A stretch of DNA of 62,483 nucleotides, the filler included, from Chiloscyllium plagiosum (taxonomy: Eukaryota): the NCBI RefSeq assembly GCF_004010195.1. It is 4 parts of one record of this genome, joined end to end, with 100 filler letters (N's around TTAATTAATTAA, not from the genome) between each part and the next. Parts side by side here need not be neighbours in the genome. Positions count along the whole stretch, not along the records: positions 33,088 to 54,636 come from NC_057716.1; 3 more parts are not named here. One strand, 5' to 3'. Positions 37,201-51,182 of this stretch are shown piece after piece; the first letter of the stretch is position 1; every line of letters starts with the position of its first letter. The translations under genes and the position numbers were made by a program. The notes under the pieces are model-generated. The model ran no database searches. It was not told where the DNA came from and saw nothing but the letters and a program-made list of their open reading frames with translations.

Positions 37201-40200
37201 GGGTCAAGATAACCGTGACAGAGTGAGTGCGAGGAGCTCAGGGTAATATTGAGGAAGGTAATGCAATCGGGTCACCGTGACAGAGTGTGACGGGATTGCG
37301 ACAGTTTGATGGAGTCAGTGTGTGAAGTCAGTGTGACAGTTATGGAGTGAGTGTGAGTGTGAAAGTTTGAGTTTGAGTGGTCAGTGTGATGGTGATACAG
37401 TGTGTATGAGGGGTTCAGGGTGACTGATGGAGTGATTCTGAGGGTGACAGGTTACCAGTAAATGCAAGGGTGTTTCAGGGTGACACTGATGGAGTGATTG
37501 CAAGGGGAGCAGGGGGACAGTGACTGACTTCATGGGCCATTGTTCATGGTGATGCTGACGGAGTGAGTGTGGGTTTGTCGTGGTAACTGGGATTAAGTTA
37601 AGGCGAGGGGATCATGCTGATGGTAACGGAGAAAGATTGAGTGAGGTACGGTGACAGTGACGTAGTGAATGCCCGACTATACTGTTGATAGTGACTGAAT
37701 GACGGTAAGGGATTCAGTGTGACAGTGACATGGTGAGTATGAGGTGGTCAGCGTAACGGTCAAGGAGTGAGTGTGAGGTGAAAAGGGTAATGATAATAGA
37801 GTGAGTGCCACTGTGTTAGGGTGACGGTGATGGAGAAAATGCGTGGAGGGTCAGAGTGACAGTGACAAAGATATTGTGAGGGGGTCAGGGTGACATTGAG
37901 TGAGTGAGAGCAAAGAGATCAGTATGAATGTGACGGAATGAGTGTGACGGAGTCAGTATGACAGTCATGGAGTGAGTATGAGATGGTCTTGTTGAAAATG
38001 TGAGTGCAGGGGAACAACATGCCAGTGATGGAGTGAGTGTGAGGGGTTAAGGGTGACAGCAAGGGATTGAGAGTAAATGGGGTCAGTGTGAATGTGATGG
38101 AGTCCGTCTGTGGAATCAGTGTGACAGTTATGGAGTGAGTGTGAGCAGGTACGTTGAAGGGGAAGTGAGAGGGTGTCATGATGACGGTGACAGAGTGAGT
38201 ATGAGAGGTCATGGTGATGGAAATAGAGTTAGTGGGAGTGGCTCAGCGTAACGGTGACAGAACTATTGTGAGGGGGTAAGGCTGATGGTGACGGGATGAG
38301 TATGATGGAGTCAGGACAATGAAGAAGGAGTGAGTGTGAGTGACTCAGGGTGACAGAGGAGGAATGAGTGTGAGAGGGTGACGGTGACAAAGATAGAGTG
38401 AGTGTGAGTAAGTCAGGATGACAGTGGAGAGTGAGTGTGAGCAGGACAGGGTGATATTGATGGAACTAGTGCGGGGGGGCGAATGGCAGTGAGGGAGATA
38501 GAGCGAGGGCGTCAAAGTGACAGTGACAGAGTGAGTGCGAGAGGTCCAGCTTACAATAAAAGACTGTGTGTGAGAATTCAGTCGGACGGTAATTAAGTGA
38601 GTATAAGGGAGTCAAGTAGACGGTGATGGAGGGAGTGTGAGGGAGTCTGGCTTACAATAAAAGACTGACTGTGGGGTTCACTGTGACTGTAATGAAGTGA
38701 GTATGAGGGGTGTCAGGGTGAAGGTGATGAAGTGTATGTGAGGGGATCAGGGTGACTGTGGAAGTGTCAGTGTGGGGGTTTATGGTTATGGGGATAAAGT
38801 GAGGGCGAGTTTACCACGGTGACAGTTATGCAAAAAGATTGAAGGGATCACCGTGACAGTGATGTTATAACTGCGAGAGGGTACGGGTGACGGGGACCGG
38901 AGTGCAAGGGTTCAGGCTGACGATGACGGAATGAACTCACGGGGTAATGGTGATAGCAAGTGTTAATGTGAGGTGACAGGGTGGATGGTGTCGTGGAAAG
39001 TATGAGTTAGTCAGCGTACGGTCATGGAGTGAGTGTGAGGGGAAAAGGGTAATGTTGATGGAGACAGTGAGAGGGGACAGTGACAGTGACAGAGTGAGGG
39101 TAATGTGTTAAGGGTGACAGTTACGGAGTGAGTGTGAGGGGAGTAGGGTGACAGTTTTGGCGTCAGTGTGAGGGGCTTTGTGTGACGGTGAAGGAGCAGT
39201 GTGATAGGATCATGGTGATGTTGTCTGAGAGAGTATGAGGGATTCAGTCTAGCGATGATGCCGTGCGTGTGAGGAGCTTAGCGTGATGTTGACGGACTGA
39301 GTGAGAGCGAGGGGGCTGAGTAGCGGTGACTGAGTGACTGTGAGATGGACAGGATAAGGGTGATGCAGTGAGGGTGAGAGTGTCAGAGCGATTGTGATGG
39401 AGTAATGGGGAATAGTCAGCATTACAGTGACAGCGTGAGTGCGACGGGGTCAGGGTAAAGTAATGGATTGAATCTGAGGGGTGTCAGATTGATGGTAATG
39501 GAGTCATTGTGAAGGGGTCAGTGTGACATTGATGGAGTGAATGTGAGTTAGTTAGCGTGATGGATACGGTGTGAGTCCCATGGTGTTAGGCTGAGTCGTG
39601 AGTATGAAGCGGTTAGAGTCATGGTAACGGTTTGAGTTTGTGGAGGTCAAGGTAGCGGTGATGAAGTGAGCGTGAGGTAATCAGGGTGACGAGAACAGAG
39701 TGAGTTTGAGGTGTGTTGGAGTTACGGTGAATGAATGAGTGTAATGGGGCAATTGTGCCAGACACAGAGTGAATGTGAGGGTGTCAGAAAGACGGTGACT
39801 GAGTAAGAGCAAAGGGTTAATTTTGATTGTGAATGAGTGAGTGAAAGGGGTTTTGAGAAGATTTACAGCTCAGGTTGAAGTTCTGGATGTAGGTTTGCTC
39901 GCTGAGCTGGATGGCTTATTTCCAGACGTTTCGTCACCCGACTAGTTAACATCTTCAATGGCCTCCGGCAAAACGCTATTGATAATTCCTGGTTTCTATA
40001 TGGTTCTTTTTTCAGTTGGAGATGTCATTTCCTGAGGTGAAGTTACTTCATGTTCTTTTTCGAAAGAGGTAGTAGATGGGGTCTAACTCGATGTATCCAG
40101 CAAGGGATCAGTTTGATGATGATGAAGTGAGCGGGAATCAGGTGACTGTAACGGAGAAAGTGGGAGCGGGTAAGAGTGACAATGATTGAGTAAACGTTAG

Positions 40201-40445
40201 GAAACCAGGGTGATCGTGACGGTGTTAGTTTGAGGATGTCAGTGTGATGTTGTTGAAGTGAATGCGAGGTTGTCAGATTGACGGTGTTGGTGTGAGTGAG
40301 AAGGAGAAGGGGTGAAATTCCTGCAGTGAATGCGCGGGTGTCCACGTGACAGTGGGGGAGTGAGTGCGAGTGGGTCATGCCGACCGTGTCAGAGTGAGTG
40401 AGGTGGGACAATCTGCCAGTGACAGAGTGACTGTGTTGTGACCTA
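34210..40445 (+). repeat. Degenerate G-rich ~33-bp satellite (approx. GGGGTCAGGGTGACGGTGATGGAGTGAGTGTGA)
   Basis: Recurrent GTCAGGGTGAC / GATGGAGTGAGTGTGAGG motifs over more than 6 kb, with strong G/C strand skew. Confidence 0.92.
39856..40100. mobile_element. Penelope-like terminal fragment inserted in the satellite
   Basis: GATGTAGGTTTGCTCGCTGAGCTGG...CAGACGTTTCGTCACCC. The same motif occurs at 62268 and 62447. Confidence 0.7.
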
Positions 40446-40449
40446 GGAA

Positions 40450-40945
40450 CAGTGGGAGAGACAGCGGTGGTTACGTGGAGAACAAGAGGGTGCCGGGAAG
40501 GTAACGAAACTGCGAAAATACTTACCTTCGAGGCCCACAGCCTTTTCCTGGCCCAGAAGGAGCAGGAGACACAGCAGAGATGGCGTCGAGACCAGAAGGG
40601 TGTCGGGATGGTAAGGAAACAGCTGAAATACTTACCGTTGAAGCCCACACTTTCTTTCCTGTCCGGAAGAAGTGGGAAACAGCGGAGATGATGTGGAGAC
40701 CAAGAGGTTGCTGGGAAGGTGAGGAAACTGCTGAAATAATTACCTTTGAAGCCCACAGCCTTCTTCCTGTTTGGAACAAGCGGAAAATACAGTGGAGTTG
40801 ACGTGGATGCCAGGAAGATGCCAGGAAGGTAAGGAAACTGCTGAAACATTGACCATCGAAGTCCAAAGCATTTTCCTGTACGGCAGCAGCGGGAGACACA
40901 GCGAAGGTAATGTGGAGACCAGGAGGATGCCACGAAGGTATGGAC
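40450..40945 (+). repeat. ~110-bp tandem monomers (about 4.5 copies) at the 5' end of the CR1 LINE
   Basis: GAAGGTAAGGAAACTGCTGAAATACTTACC-type core recurs with the GT at 40501, 40611, 40719, 40829 and 40938. Confidence 0.88.
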
Positions 40946-43900
40946 TTAGTATATATTTTGGGCAGCAGCCAAACCCGAGATAATGCACGTGTAGTATCTC
41001 CCTCCCTTATGCCCTCCACTGACCAGAAGAAAAAGACTCTGTGAGGTAAGGATTATTTTGTTATTCTCATACAGTTAAGTGCGTTGTTGGGATACAGGTA
41101 GTTTATAAAGAGGTAAGCTTACAATGGCAGGGGACCTCAGACTCGTGGCATGACCTCTCACTTGATGCAGAAGCTCAAGAAGGTGGCTGACGTTCCTGAC
41201 TGTTACACCTTTAAGAAGTGTGTCCAACTTCAAACCTTGTTTGAACGCTTGACGGCTCTGGAGCTGCGAATGGACTCATTGTGGGAGCATACGTGATGCT
41301 GAGGAGGCCATGGATAGCACGTTTATTGAACTGGTCACACCGCAGATGAGGATTGCTGAGGGAGACAGTGAGTGGGTGACGAAAAGGCAGAAAAAAGAAG
41401 AGGAATGCACTGCAGGTGTCCCCTCCAAAACAGGTATGCCGTTTTGGATACTGGTAGAGGAGATGGCTCACCAACGAATGGCAACAGTTGCCAAGATCAT
41501 GGCACCATGGCGGACACTGCTGTTCCGAAGAGGCGGAAAAGACTCGCAGAGCCATAGTCATGGGGATTCTATTGTTATGGGAGTGGATATGCGGTTCTGC
41601 GTCCGAAAACGGGACTCCTGGATAGTATGTTGCCTCCCAGGTGCGTAGTTAAGGGATGTCACCGATCAGCTGCAGAGCATTCTATCAGTGGAGAGTGAAT
41701 AGTCAGTTGTCTTGCTGCATATAGGCACCAACGATGTAAATAATTAAAAAAAAAAGAAGTCCTGAAAGCAGAATTCAGTGTGCTTGGAGAGGTGTCAAAT
41801 GGAGGACCTCGAAGTTAGTCATCTCAGGATTACGACGAGTGCCACGTGCAGAAATGAAAGAATAGGCACGATAAGCCCATGGCTCGTGGGATGGTTAGGA
41901 GGCAGGGGTTCAGATTAGTTGGACTTTGGGACCGGTTCTGCAGCAGGTTGGAATATTACAAAATGGACGTTTTACATCTGAACCAGACCGGAAGTAATGC
42001 CCTTGGGAAAGCTTTTGCTACTCGAAACAGAAGACAAGACAAGTAGACAGCGAGGTAGAAACTCGACACTGTAAGAATCAATCATGAAGATAGCATTAAT
42101 AAGGGGAAGAGTTCGCAGAAAGCAGATGAATGCAAACAAACTTATAGCGTTACATGCCTCGTCTTTAATGCAATGAGTAGATTTGGTAAGGCAGAGGAAC
42201 TTAGGGCTTGGATTGGGGCCTGGAAGTATGACATTATTGAAATCACAGAGACTTGGTTGAAGGAGGAGTATGATTGGCAACTAAATGTTCCAGGATATAG
42301 ACGTTTCAGACTGGACAGGAGGGAAGGAAAAGGTGGGGTGGAATTGCATTACTGGTCACGGATGATATCATACTGTGCTGAAGCAGAACACTACGGGGTA
42401 CTTGATAAGTGAGGCGTTATGGATAGAGTTGAGAAATAAGAAGGGTGCAGTTACATTTTTGGAGCTGTCTTACAGGCCTTCCAAAAGTGAGTGAGGGGTG
42501 GAATTACAAATAAGTAAACAGATTGTGAAAAGATGTCGAGGCAATAAGGTAGTGGTGATGGGACATGTTAACTTTCCAAATATTGACTGGGATACACTGA
42601 GTGGCAGACGTCTGGATAGAGTACAATTTGTAAGAAGCGTCCAGGAGAGTTTTGTAGAGCAATATGTCAATTGTCCGACCAGGGAAGGGGCCATATTGGA
42701 ACTGGTGTTAGAGAATGAGCCAGGCCAGTCAGTAGAATTTACAGTGGGGGATATCTTTGGGAACAGTGACAGCAATTCTGTCGGTTTTACCCGTAGATAC
42801 CCGTAGATAAAGATGAGAGTAGTCCTAAGGGAAGAGTACTAAACTGGGTCAAGGCCAATTATATCAGAATTTGGCAGGATTTGGGAAATGTGGATTGGAC
42901 ACAGCTATTTGAAGGGAAGTCCACATTTGATAGGTGGGAGGCTTTCAACGATAGTTTAAAAATAGTGCAGTATAGGCAGGTCCCGTTGAAGGCAAAGGGC
43001 AGGAAAGACAAGATTCGTGAACCGTGGATGACAGGCGAAGTCGCATGACTAGCCAAGTGGAAAAGGGAAGCGTACATATCGTCCAGGCAGCTAAGAACAG
43101 AAGGGGACCTGCAGGAATATCGAAAGTATAGGACCAGTCTTTAGCGAGGAATCAAGCGGGCCAAAATGGGTCATGAAATAGCGTTAGACAGTAGAATTTA
43201 AGAGAATCACAAAGCCTTTTTTATACAGGAAGTAAGGGGGTAACTAGAGAAAGGATTGTTCCAATAAAGGATAATGAAGGAAGATTGTGTGTCGAAACAG
43301 AGAGAATCGGTGAGATTCTGACTTATTACTTTCTTTCAGAGTGCGCTGAGGAGATGGACATGAGGAATGTTTAGATTAGAGATATAAGTATGAATAATTT
43401 GGAACACATTGATACAAGTTGGGAAGCTGTCTTGGGTAGGCTAGATGTTATAAAGGTGGACAAATCCCCAGTATCGGATGGGATCTATCCCTGGTTGCTG
43501 AGGGAGGTGATAGAGGGAATAACTGGGCACTGACAGATACGTTTGTGGCATCCCTAAACACAGGTAAGGTACAGGAGGACTGGAGGGTTGCTCATGTTGT
43601 TCCCCTGTACAAGAAGTTTAGCAGGGATATTCCGGGTAAATACCGACAAGTGAGCCTGACGTCAGTGGTGGGAAAGATGCTAGAGAATGTCCTGATGAAT
43701 AGGATATATTTGTATTGAGAAAAGAATGGGCATATCAGTGATCGGTAACATTATTTTACACGGGGAGATCATGCCTTAATAATTTAATAAAGTTCTTTGA
43801 GGAAGTGACCAAGTTGATAAATGAAGGAAGGGCTGTTGATGCCATATACATGAACTTTAGGAAGGCGTTTGATAAGGTTCCCTGTTGTAAACGAACATAA

Positions 43901-44997
43901 TAAGTTAAGTCACATCGTGTGCAGGGTGTCAGAGGTAGGTGGACAAAGGCCTGGTTAAGCAACAGGAGACAGACAGTAGTAGTTGAAGGGAGTTTCTTGA
44001 AATGGAGAAAGGTGTCCAGTGGTGTTCTACGGGGATCAGTGCTGGGGTCAAAATTGTTTGTGATATACATTAACTTATCTGGAAGAGGGCACTGTTGGTA
44101 TGATCAGCAAGTTTGCAGATGACACGAAAATTAGTGGTGTAGCAGAAAGCAGAGGGTACTGTCAAAGAATGCAGGAGAATATAGATGGACTGGAGAGAAG
44201 TGGTAGCTTAAATGCAGGCAAATGTGAGGTGATACATTTTGGGAAGTTTAATTCTGGAGCGAATTACACAGTGAAAGGAAGAGCCTCTGGAAATGTTGAT
44301 CAGCAGAGATATAGGAGTACATGTCTATTGTACTCTGAACTTTGCTGCACAGGTGGATACAGTGGTCAAGAAGGCATATAGTATGGTTGCTTTCATCGGA
44401 CGGTGTATTGAGTATAAGAAGTGGCAGGTCATGTTAAAATTGTACACGACATTGGTTTGGCCACATTGGTACAGTTCTGATCGTCGCCTTGCGAAAAGGA
44501 TGTGGTCACTTTGGAGAGGACGCTGAAAAGATTTTCGAGGATGTTGCCTGGTATGAAATGTGCTCGCTATGAAGAGAGGTTGAGCATGTGAAGTTGGTTT
44601 TCTTTGGAAGAAAAGAAGATTGAGGGGGGACGAGATGGAGGTCTACGAAATCAGGAAAGGTATAGACGGGCGAGATAGAAGTAAGCTTTTTCTCAGGTTA
44701 AGGGATTCAATAACGAGAGGTCACTCATTCATGGTGAGTGGTTGAAATTTTAAGGGGCATACAAGCAGCAAGTACTTCACACAGTGGTTGTTTGGTGTCT
44801 GCAACGCGTTGCCACAGACGTAGTAGAGGTAGGCACGATAGATTCATTTCAGGTGCGTCTGGACAGATGCATGAGTAGGTGGGGAGCAGAGGGATGCAGA
44901 TGCTTAAGAATTGGACGACAGGTTGAGACAGCAGATTTCGATTGGCTCAGGCTCGGAGGGTCGAAGGGCAGTTCCTGGGCTGTAATTTCCTTTGATC
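40450..44997 (+). mobile_element. Near full-length decayed CR1 LINE (ORF1 with esterase domain; ORF2 APE + RT)
   Basis: ORF1 from ATG 41124 (MAGDLR..KKCVQLQ; GDSIV..CCLPGA; HIGTND). ORF2 carries FNA.S..GKAEELRAWI..YDII.ITETWL, GHVNFPNIDW, F.KAFDKVP, SGVLRGSVLG and KFADDTKI. The satellite resumes at ~45000. Confidence 0.95.
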
Positions 44998-44999
44998 GT

Positions 45000-46430
45000 A
45001 GTGTGATGGTAATGGAGTGAGTATGAGGGGATCACGGTGAACGTTGCAGAGTGACTAAGAGTGTGGCAGGGTGACATTGACAGAGTGAGTGTGATGTGAT
45101 CAGGGTGACGGTGACAGAGTGAGTTTGAGGGGATCGGGGACAGTGACGAAGTGAATGTGAAAGGATCGGGGGATTGGGAAGAGTACTGTGAGTGGACTAG
45201 GTTAACGGTAGCTCAGTGAGTACGAGGGATTCAATCTAATGATAATTGAGTGAGTGTGAGGAGATAAGCATGATGTTGACCGACTGAGTGCCTTGGGCTG
45301 ATGTTTAAAAGACGTAGTCAGAGTGAGGGAAACTGAGTGACGGTGACTCATTAAGTATGAGATGCACTTTGTAACGGTGATGGAGGGAGTGTGAGGAGGT
45401 TAGAGCGACGGTAATGGAGTTAATGTCAGGTGGTCAACGTTCTAGTGATTGAGGGACATAGTGTGGTGGCAATTGCGTGAGTTCCATGCTGGCAGACTGA
45501 GCACAAAGTGTGATGGGGTCACAGTGATGGTGACGGACTGACTGTGAGTAGTTCAGGGTGATGGTACTGTAGTGTGTGCGAGGCGGTCAGTGTGACTGTA
45601 ATGGAATGAGTGTGAGGGATTTCAGAGAGCCGGTGACTGAATGAGTATGGGGGAAATTGTGCCGCCACAGAGTGAATATAAGGGGGTCAGAAAAGCAGTG
45701 ATGGAGTGAGAGCCAGGGGGTCAGGTTGGCGTAGATGATACTGACTGTTCGGGCGTCAGATTGAAGCTGGCAGCGTGAAATGATTGGTCATGGTGATGGT
45801 GACAGAGTGAATGCGGGGGGTCAGGGTGATAGTGAAAATCTGAGTGAATGGGGTCAGTTTGACGGTGATGAAATAAGTATGAGCATTTCAAATGACGGGG
45901 ATGGAGGAAGTGTGAGCGGGTAAGAGTGACAGTGATGGGTAAATGTGTGGAAGTCAGGGTGGACTGTGATGTAACGGTGTGAAGAATTCAGTGTGACATT
46001 CACAGAGTGGGGGCATGCGTTTCACGGCGACAGTGACAGACTCAGGGCAGGGGGTCAGTTTGCCGGTGCTGAAGTGCGTGTGAGTTTGTCAGGGTGATGG
46101 TGATGGAATGAGTGTAAAGGGGGTGGGGGTGAAAGTGCTTGAATGATTGCAAGCGTATCAGGGTGAAAGTGACAGAGTGAGTGTGAGAGGGTTAGGCTGA
46201 TGGGGACTGAGTGTGAGGTGGTTGGGTGACAGCTACGGAGTGAGTGTGATGGGGTCAGCGTGACAGCGACGCATTGAGTGTGAGGGGATAAGGGAGACGG
46301 TGAAGTAGTAAGTGTGAGGGTGTCAAGGTGCTGGCGATAGAGTGAGAGTGAGCGGAGCAGGGTGCGAGGGGGTCAGGGTGACGGTGGTGGTACATCCTTC
46401 GGTTATGATTTGTGGTTGTCCTGTTCGGAA
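45000..46430 (+). repeat. G-rich ~33-bp satellite (continuation after the CR1 insertion)
   Basis: Same motifs as 34210-40445. Confidence 0.9.
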
Positions 46431-46775
46431 GCAGAGTGGTGGCATGCATGGCCACAGCTGATGCTAACCCAGTGGGCACATTCTCAATCTATTGGTCCAC
46501 CATGTTTTGGTAATGTTGAAAGAGAATCAGCACTCTTCGATAATTACTGTGCTGTGTAATCAATGTCACTACAGTGGATGAACGGCAATCAAGATTACTT
46601 TCATCATGGAAGCAGGACTCCAATTATAATATGATCGCCATTGGAATGGTCAAGCAAAAAGTCTCCCTCTTCCAATGAAGAGGGTCCTCTCAAGTATGTT
46701 TTGCCATTTGAAGAATACGACAGCAGCTTCCTATTCATTGTGACAGGCTATGAAATGAAACAGCATTCTTTCCTC

Positions 46776-47475
46776 TCAGTGCTTCAATAATTTGCATCGT
46801 TCAGTGTATTGAAGAATTGAAGTGAAAGGATATTTCAGGATATTCTTCAATTCTTCCCTGAAATTTGACTGAACAACAGCATAAACGCAAGTGTTTGTAC
46901 AGCAGCCTGAGGTTTGCAACATGACACTCAGTTCAAGTACAAAGTTTTGAATTTGTACACTCGTATAACCTAAGTTATATATTCTCCTCCAGAAACAAAA
47001 TATCGTGAGCAATGCACGTAAGATGATGAAATTTCCTGAAATGAGAAATAGGAAAATAATGGATTATCTTTGGTTCTCTGCCTCTGAATCCCTTTGAGAC
47101 TTCCAAGCTAAATGAGCCTGGAGCCTTTTGCGGGCGCGGCTGCTGATTAAAACCTGTTTGACGGTGAATACATTGAGCAGCAGAATTAGAACAAATGGAA
47201 GCGCCAGTGATAGAATGTGTTGCAAAACCTCAATTGCTACCCAGACCAGGAACAATTGAACTTCTTGTGCCATGATGCAAAACCAGGGGTTGTTCCACAT
47301 TTTATAGAAACCTGTTAACATAAAATACCAACTGACGTTTTTGAAGCAACATAGGACTACAGTTGTTCCAAGAACCACATGTGCTGTCTCCACTGTACAA
47401 TATTTTGTTTTCCACTTCCTCGAGTAGATGGCCACAAACCGGTCAAATGTGAAAGCGACAGTAAACCAGATAGAT
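46776..47475 (-). pseudogene. GPR139-like GPCR exon 2 (TM3-TM7), copy 1; 5' part lost in the gap, in-frame nonsense codon
   Basis: AFTFDRFVAI..KWKTKYCT..A..V, PFVLILLLNVFTV, ENQR*SIIFLFLISGNFIIL (TAA 47064-47066), MLQTSGCCTNTCVYAVVQSNFREELK; stop at 46776. Confidence 0.9.
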
Positions 47476-47975
47476 NNNNNNNNNNNNNNNNNNNNNNNNN
47501 NNNNNNNNNNNNNNNNNNNNNNNNNNNNNNNNNNNNNNNNNNNNNNNNNNNNNNNNNNNNNNNNNNNNNNNNNNNNNNNNNNNNNNNNNNNNNNNNNNNN
47601 NNNNNNNNNNNNNNNNNNNNNNNNNNNNNNNNNNNNNNNNNNNNNNNNNNNNNNNNNNNNNNNNNNNNNNNNNNNNNNNNNNNNNNNNNNNNNNNNNNNN
47701 NNNNNNNNNNNNNNNNNNNNNNNNNNNNNNNNNNNNNNNNNNNNNNNNNNNNNNNNNNNNNNNNNNNNNNNNNNNNNNNNNNNNNNNNNNNNNNNNNNNN
47801 NNNNNNNNNNNNNNNNNNNNNNNNNNNNNNNNNNNNNNNNNNNNNNNNNNNNNNNNNNNNNNNNNNNNNNNNNNNNNNNNNNNNNNNNNNNNNNNNNNNN
47901 NNNNNNNNNNNNNNNNNNNNNNNNNNNNNNNNNNNNNNNNNNNNNNNNNNNNNNNNNNNNNNNNNNNNNNNNNNN
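47476..47975. other. Assembly gap (500 N)
   Basis: Run of 500 N. Confidence 1.
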
Positions 47976-50900
47976 ACAGGGCCATAGTCATGGGGATTCT
48001 ATTGTTATGGGAGTGGATATGCGGTTCTGCGTCCGAAGACGGGACTCCTGGATAGTATGTTGCCTCCCAGGTGCGTGGTTAAGGAATGTCACCGATCAGC
48101 TGCAGAGCATTCTAGAAGTGGAGAGTGAATAGTCAGTTGTTTTGCTGCATATAGGCACCAACGATGTAAATATTTTTTTTAAAAAAGAAGTCCTGAAAGC
48201 AGAATTCAGGGTGCTTGGAGAGGTGTCAAATGGAGGACCTCGAAGTTAGTCATCTCAGGATTACGGCTCGTGCCACGTGCAGAAATGAAAGAATAGGCAC
48301 GATAAACACGTGGCTCGAGGGATGGTTAGGAGGCAGGGATTCAGATTCGTTGGACTTTGTGACCGGTTCTGGAGCAGTTTGGAATATTACAAAATGGGCG
48401 TTTTACATCTGAACCAGACCGGAAGTAATGCCCTTGGGGAAGCTTTTGCTACTCCTGTTGGGGAGTTCTACACTAATGCGGCGGGGAGAGGGCGGGGCGG
48501 GGGGGTTGGTGGGTTCGAAACAGAAGCGAAGACAAGTAGACAGCGAGGTAGAAACTCGACACTGTAAGAATCATGAAGATAGCATTAATAGGGGGAAGAG
48601 TTAGCAGAAAGCAGATGAACGCAAACAAACTGATGGCCCTACGTGCCTCGTCTTTAATGCAATGAGCAGAGTTGGTAAGGCAGAGGAACTTAGGGCTTGG
48701 ATTGGGGCCTGGAAGTATGACATTATTGAAATCACAGAGACTTGGTTGAAGGAGGAGTATGATTGGCAACTAAATGTTCCACGATATAGACGTTTCAGAC
48801 TGGACAGGAGGGGAGGAAAAGGTGGGGTGGAATTGCATTACTGGTCACGGATGATATCACACTGTGCTGAAGCAGAACACGACGGGGTACTTGATAAGTG
48901 AGGCGTTATGGATAGAGTTGAGAAAAATTCTGTAAGTTTTACCCGTAGATACCCGTAGATAAAGATGAGAGTAGTCCTAAGGGAAGAGTATTAAACTGGG
49001 TCAATGCCAATTATATCAGAACTTGGCAGGAGTTGGGAAATTTGAAGGCAAGTCCACATTTGATAGGTGGGAGGCTTTCGACGATAGTTTAAAAATAGTG
49101 CAGTATAGGCATATCCCGTTGAAGGCAAAGGGCAGGAAAGGCAAGATTCGTGAACCGTGGATGACAGGCGAAGTCGCATGACGAGCCAAGTGGAAAAGGG
49201 AAGCGTACATGTCGTCCAGGCAGCTAAGAACAGAAGGGGACCTGCAGGAATATCGAAAGTATAGGACCAGTCTTTAGCGAGGAATCAAGCGGGCCAAAAT
49301 GGGTCATGAAATAGCGTTAGACAGCAGAATGTAAGAGAATCACAAAGCCTTTTTTTTATACAGGAAGTAAGGGGGTAACTAGAGAAAGGATTGTTCCAAT
49401 AAAGGATAACGAAGGAAGATTGTGTGTCGAAACAGAGAGAATCGGTGAGATTCTGACTTATTACTTTCTTTCAGAGTTCACTGAGGAGATGGACATGAGG
49501 AATGTTTAGATTAGAGATAGAAGTACGAATAATTTGGATCACATTGATACAAGTTGGGAAGCTGTCTTGGGCAGGCTAGAGGTTATAAAGGTGGACAAAT
49601 CCCCAGTATCGGATGGGATCCCCAGTATCGGATGGTTGCTGAGGGAGGTGATAGAGGGAATAACTGGGCACTGACAGATACGTTTGTGGCATCCCTAAAC
49701 ACAGGTGAGGTACAGGAGGATTGGAGGGTTGCTCATGTTGTTCCCCTGTGCAAGAAGTTTAGCAGGGATATTCCGGGTAAATACCGACGAGTGAGCCTGC
49801 CGTCAGTGGTGGGAAAGATGCTAGAGAATGTCCTGATGAATAGAATATATTTGCATTGAGAAAAGAATGGGCATATTAGTGATAGGTAACATTATTTTAT
49901 ACGGGGAGATCATGCCTTAATAATTTAATAAAGTTCTTTGAGGAAGTGACCAAGTTGATAAATTAAAGTTCTTTGAGGAAGTGACCAAGTTGATAAATGT
50001 AGGAAGGGCTGTTGATGTCATATACATGGACTTTAGGAAGGCGTTTGATAAGGTTCCCTGTTGTAAACGAACATAAAAAGTGAAGTCACATCGTGTGCAG
50101 GGTGTCAGAGGTAGGTAGACAAAGACCTGGTTAAACAACAGGAGACAGACAGTAGTAGTTGAAGGGAGTTTCTAGAAATGGAGAAAGGTGTCCAGTGGTG
50201 TTCTACGGGGATCAGTGCTGGGGTCATTATTGTTTGTGATATACATTAACTTATCTGGAAGAGGGCACTGTTGGTATGATCAGCAAGGTTGCAGATGACA
50301 CGAAAATTAGTGGTGTAGCAGAAAGCAGAGTGTACTGTCAAAGAATGCAGGAGAATATAGATGGACTGGAGAGAAGTGGTAGCTTTACTTAAATGCAGGC
50401 GAATGTGAGGTGATACATTTTGGGAAGTTTAATTCTGGAGCGAATTACACAGTGAAAGGAAGAGCCTCTGGAAATGTTGATGAGCAGAGAGATATGGGAG
50501 TACATGTCTATTGTACTCTGAATTTTGCTGCACCGGTGGATACAGTGGTCAAGAAGGCATATAGTATGATTGCTTTCATCGGACGGTGTATTGAGTATAA
50601 GAAGTGGCAGGTCATGTTAAAATTGTACACGACGTTGGTTTGGCCACTTTGGTACAGTTCTGATCGTCGCATTGCCAAAAGGATGTGGTCACTTTGGAGA
50701 GGACGCTGAAAAGATCTTCGAGGATGTTGCCTGGTATGAAATGTGCTCGCTATGAAGAGAGGTTGAGTATGTTAAGTTGGTTTTCTTTGGAAGAAAAGAA
50801 GATTGAGGGGGGACCAGATGGAGGTCTACGAAATCAGGAAAGGTATAGACGGGCGAGATAGAGATAAGGTTTTTCTCAGGTTAAGGGATTCAATAACGAC

Positions 50901-51180
50901 AGGTCACGCATTCATGGTGAGTGGTTGAAATTTTAAGGGGCATACAAGCACCAAGTACTTCACACAGTGGTTGTTTGGTGTCTGGAACGCGTTGCCACAG
51001 ACGAAGTAGAGGTAGGCACGGTAGATTCATTTCAGGTGCGTCTGGACAGATGCATGAGTAGGTGGGGAGCAGAGGGTTGCAGATGCTTAGGAATTGGACG
51101 ACAGGTTGAGACAGCAGATTTCGATTGGCTCAGGCTCTGAGGGCCGAAGGGCAGTTCCTGGGCTGTAATTTCCTTTGATC
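47976..51180 (+). mobile_element. Second copy of the same decayed CR1 LINE (duplicated with its flank)
   Basis: Colinear with 41550-44997, sharing inactivating changes and the CCCGTAGATACCCGTAGATA duplication, with reciprocal indels. Confidence 0.95.
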
Positions 51181-51182
51181 GT

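Noticed and set aside
34437..38212. His/Thr/Ser-rich ORFs on the minus strand (also 22812-23339, 46255-46479, 52448-52672)
   Set aside because: They are translations of the C/A-rich strand of satellite or microsatellite DNA.
40043..41019. 296-aa and 165-aa minus-strand ORFs
   Set aside because: They run antisense through the CR1 5' monomers and the satellite, and show no domain-like features.
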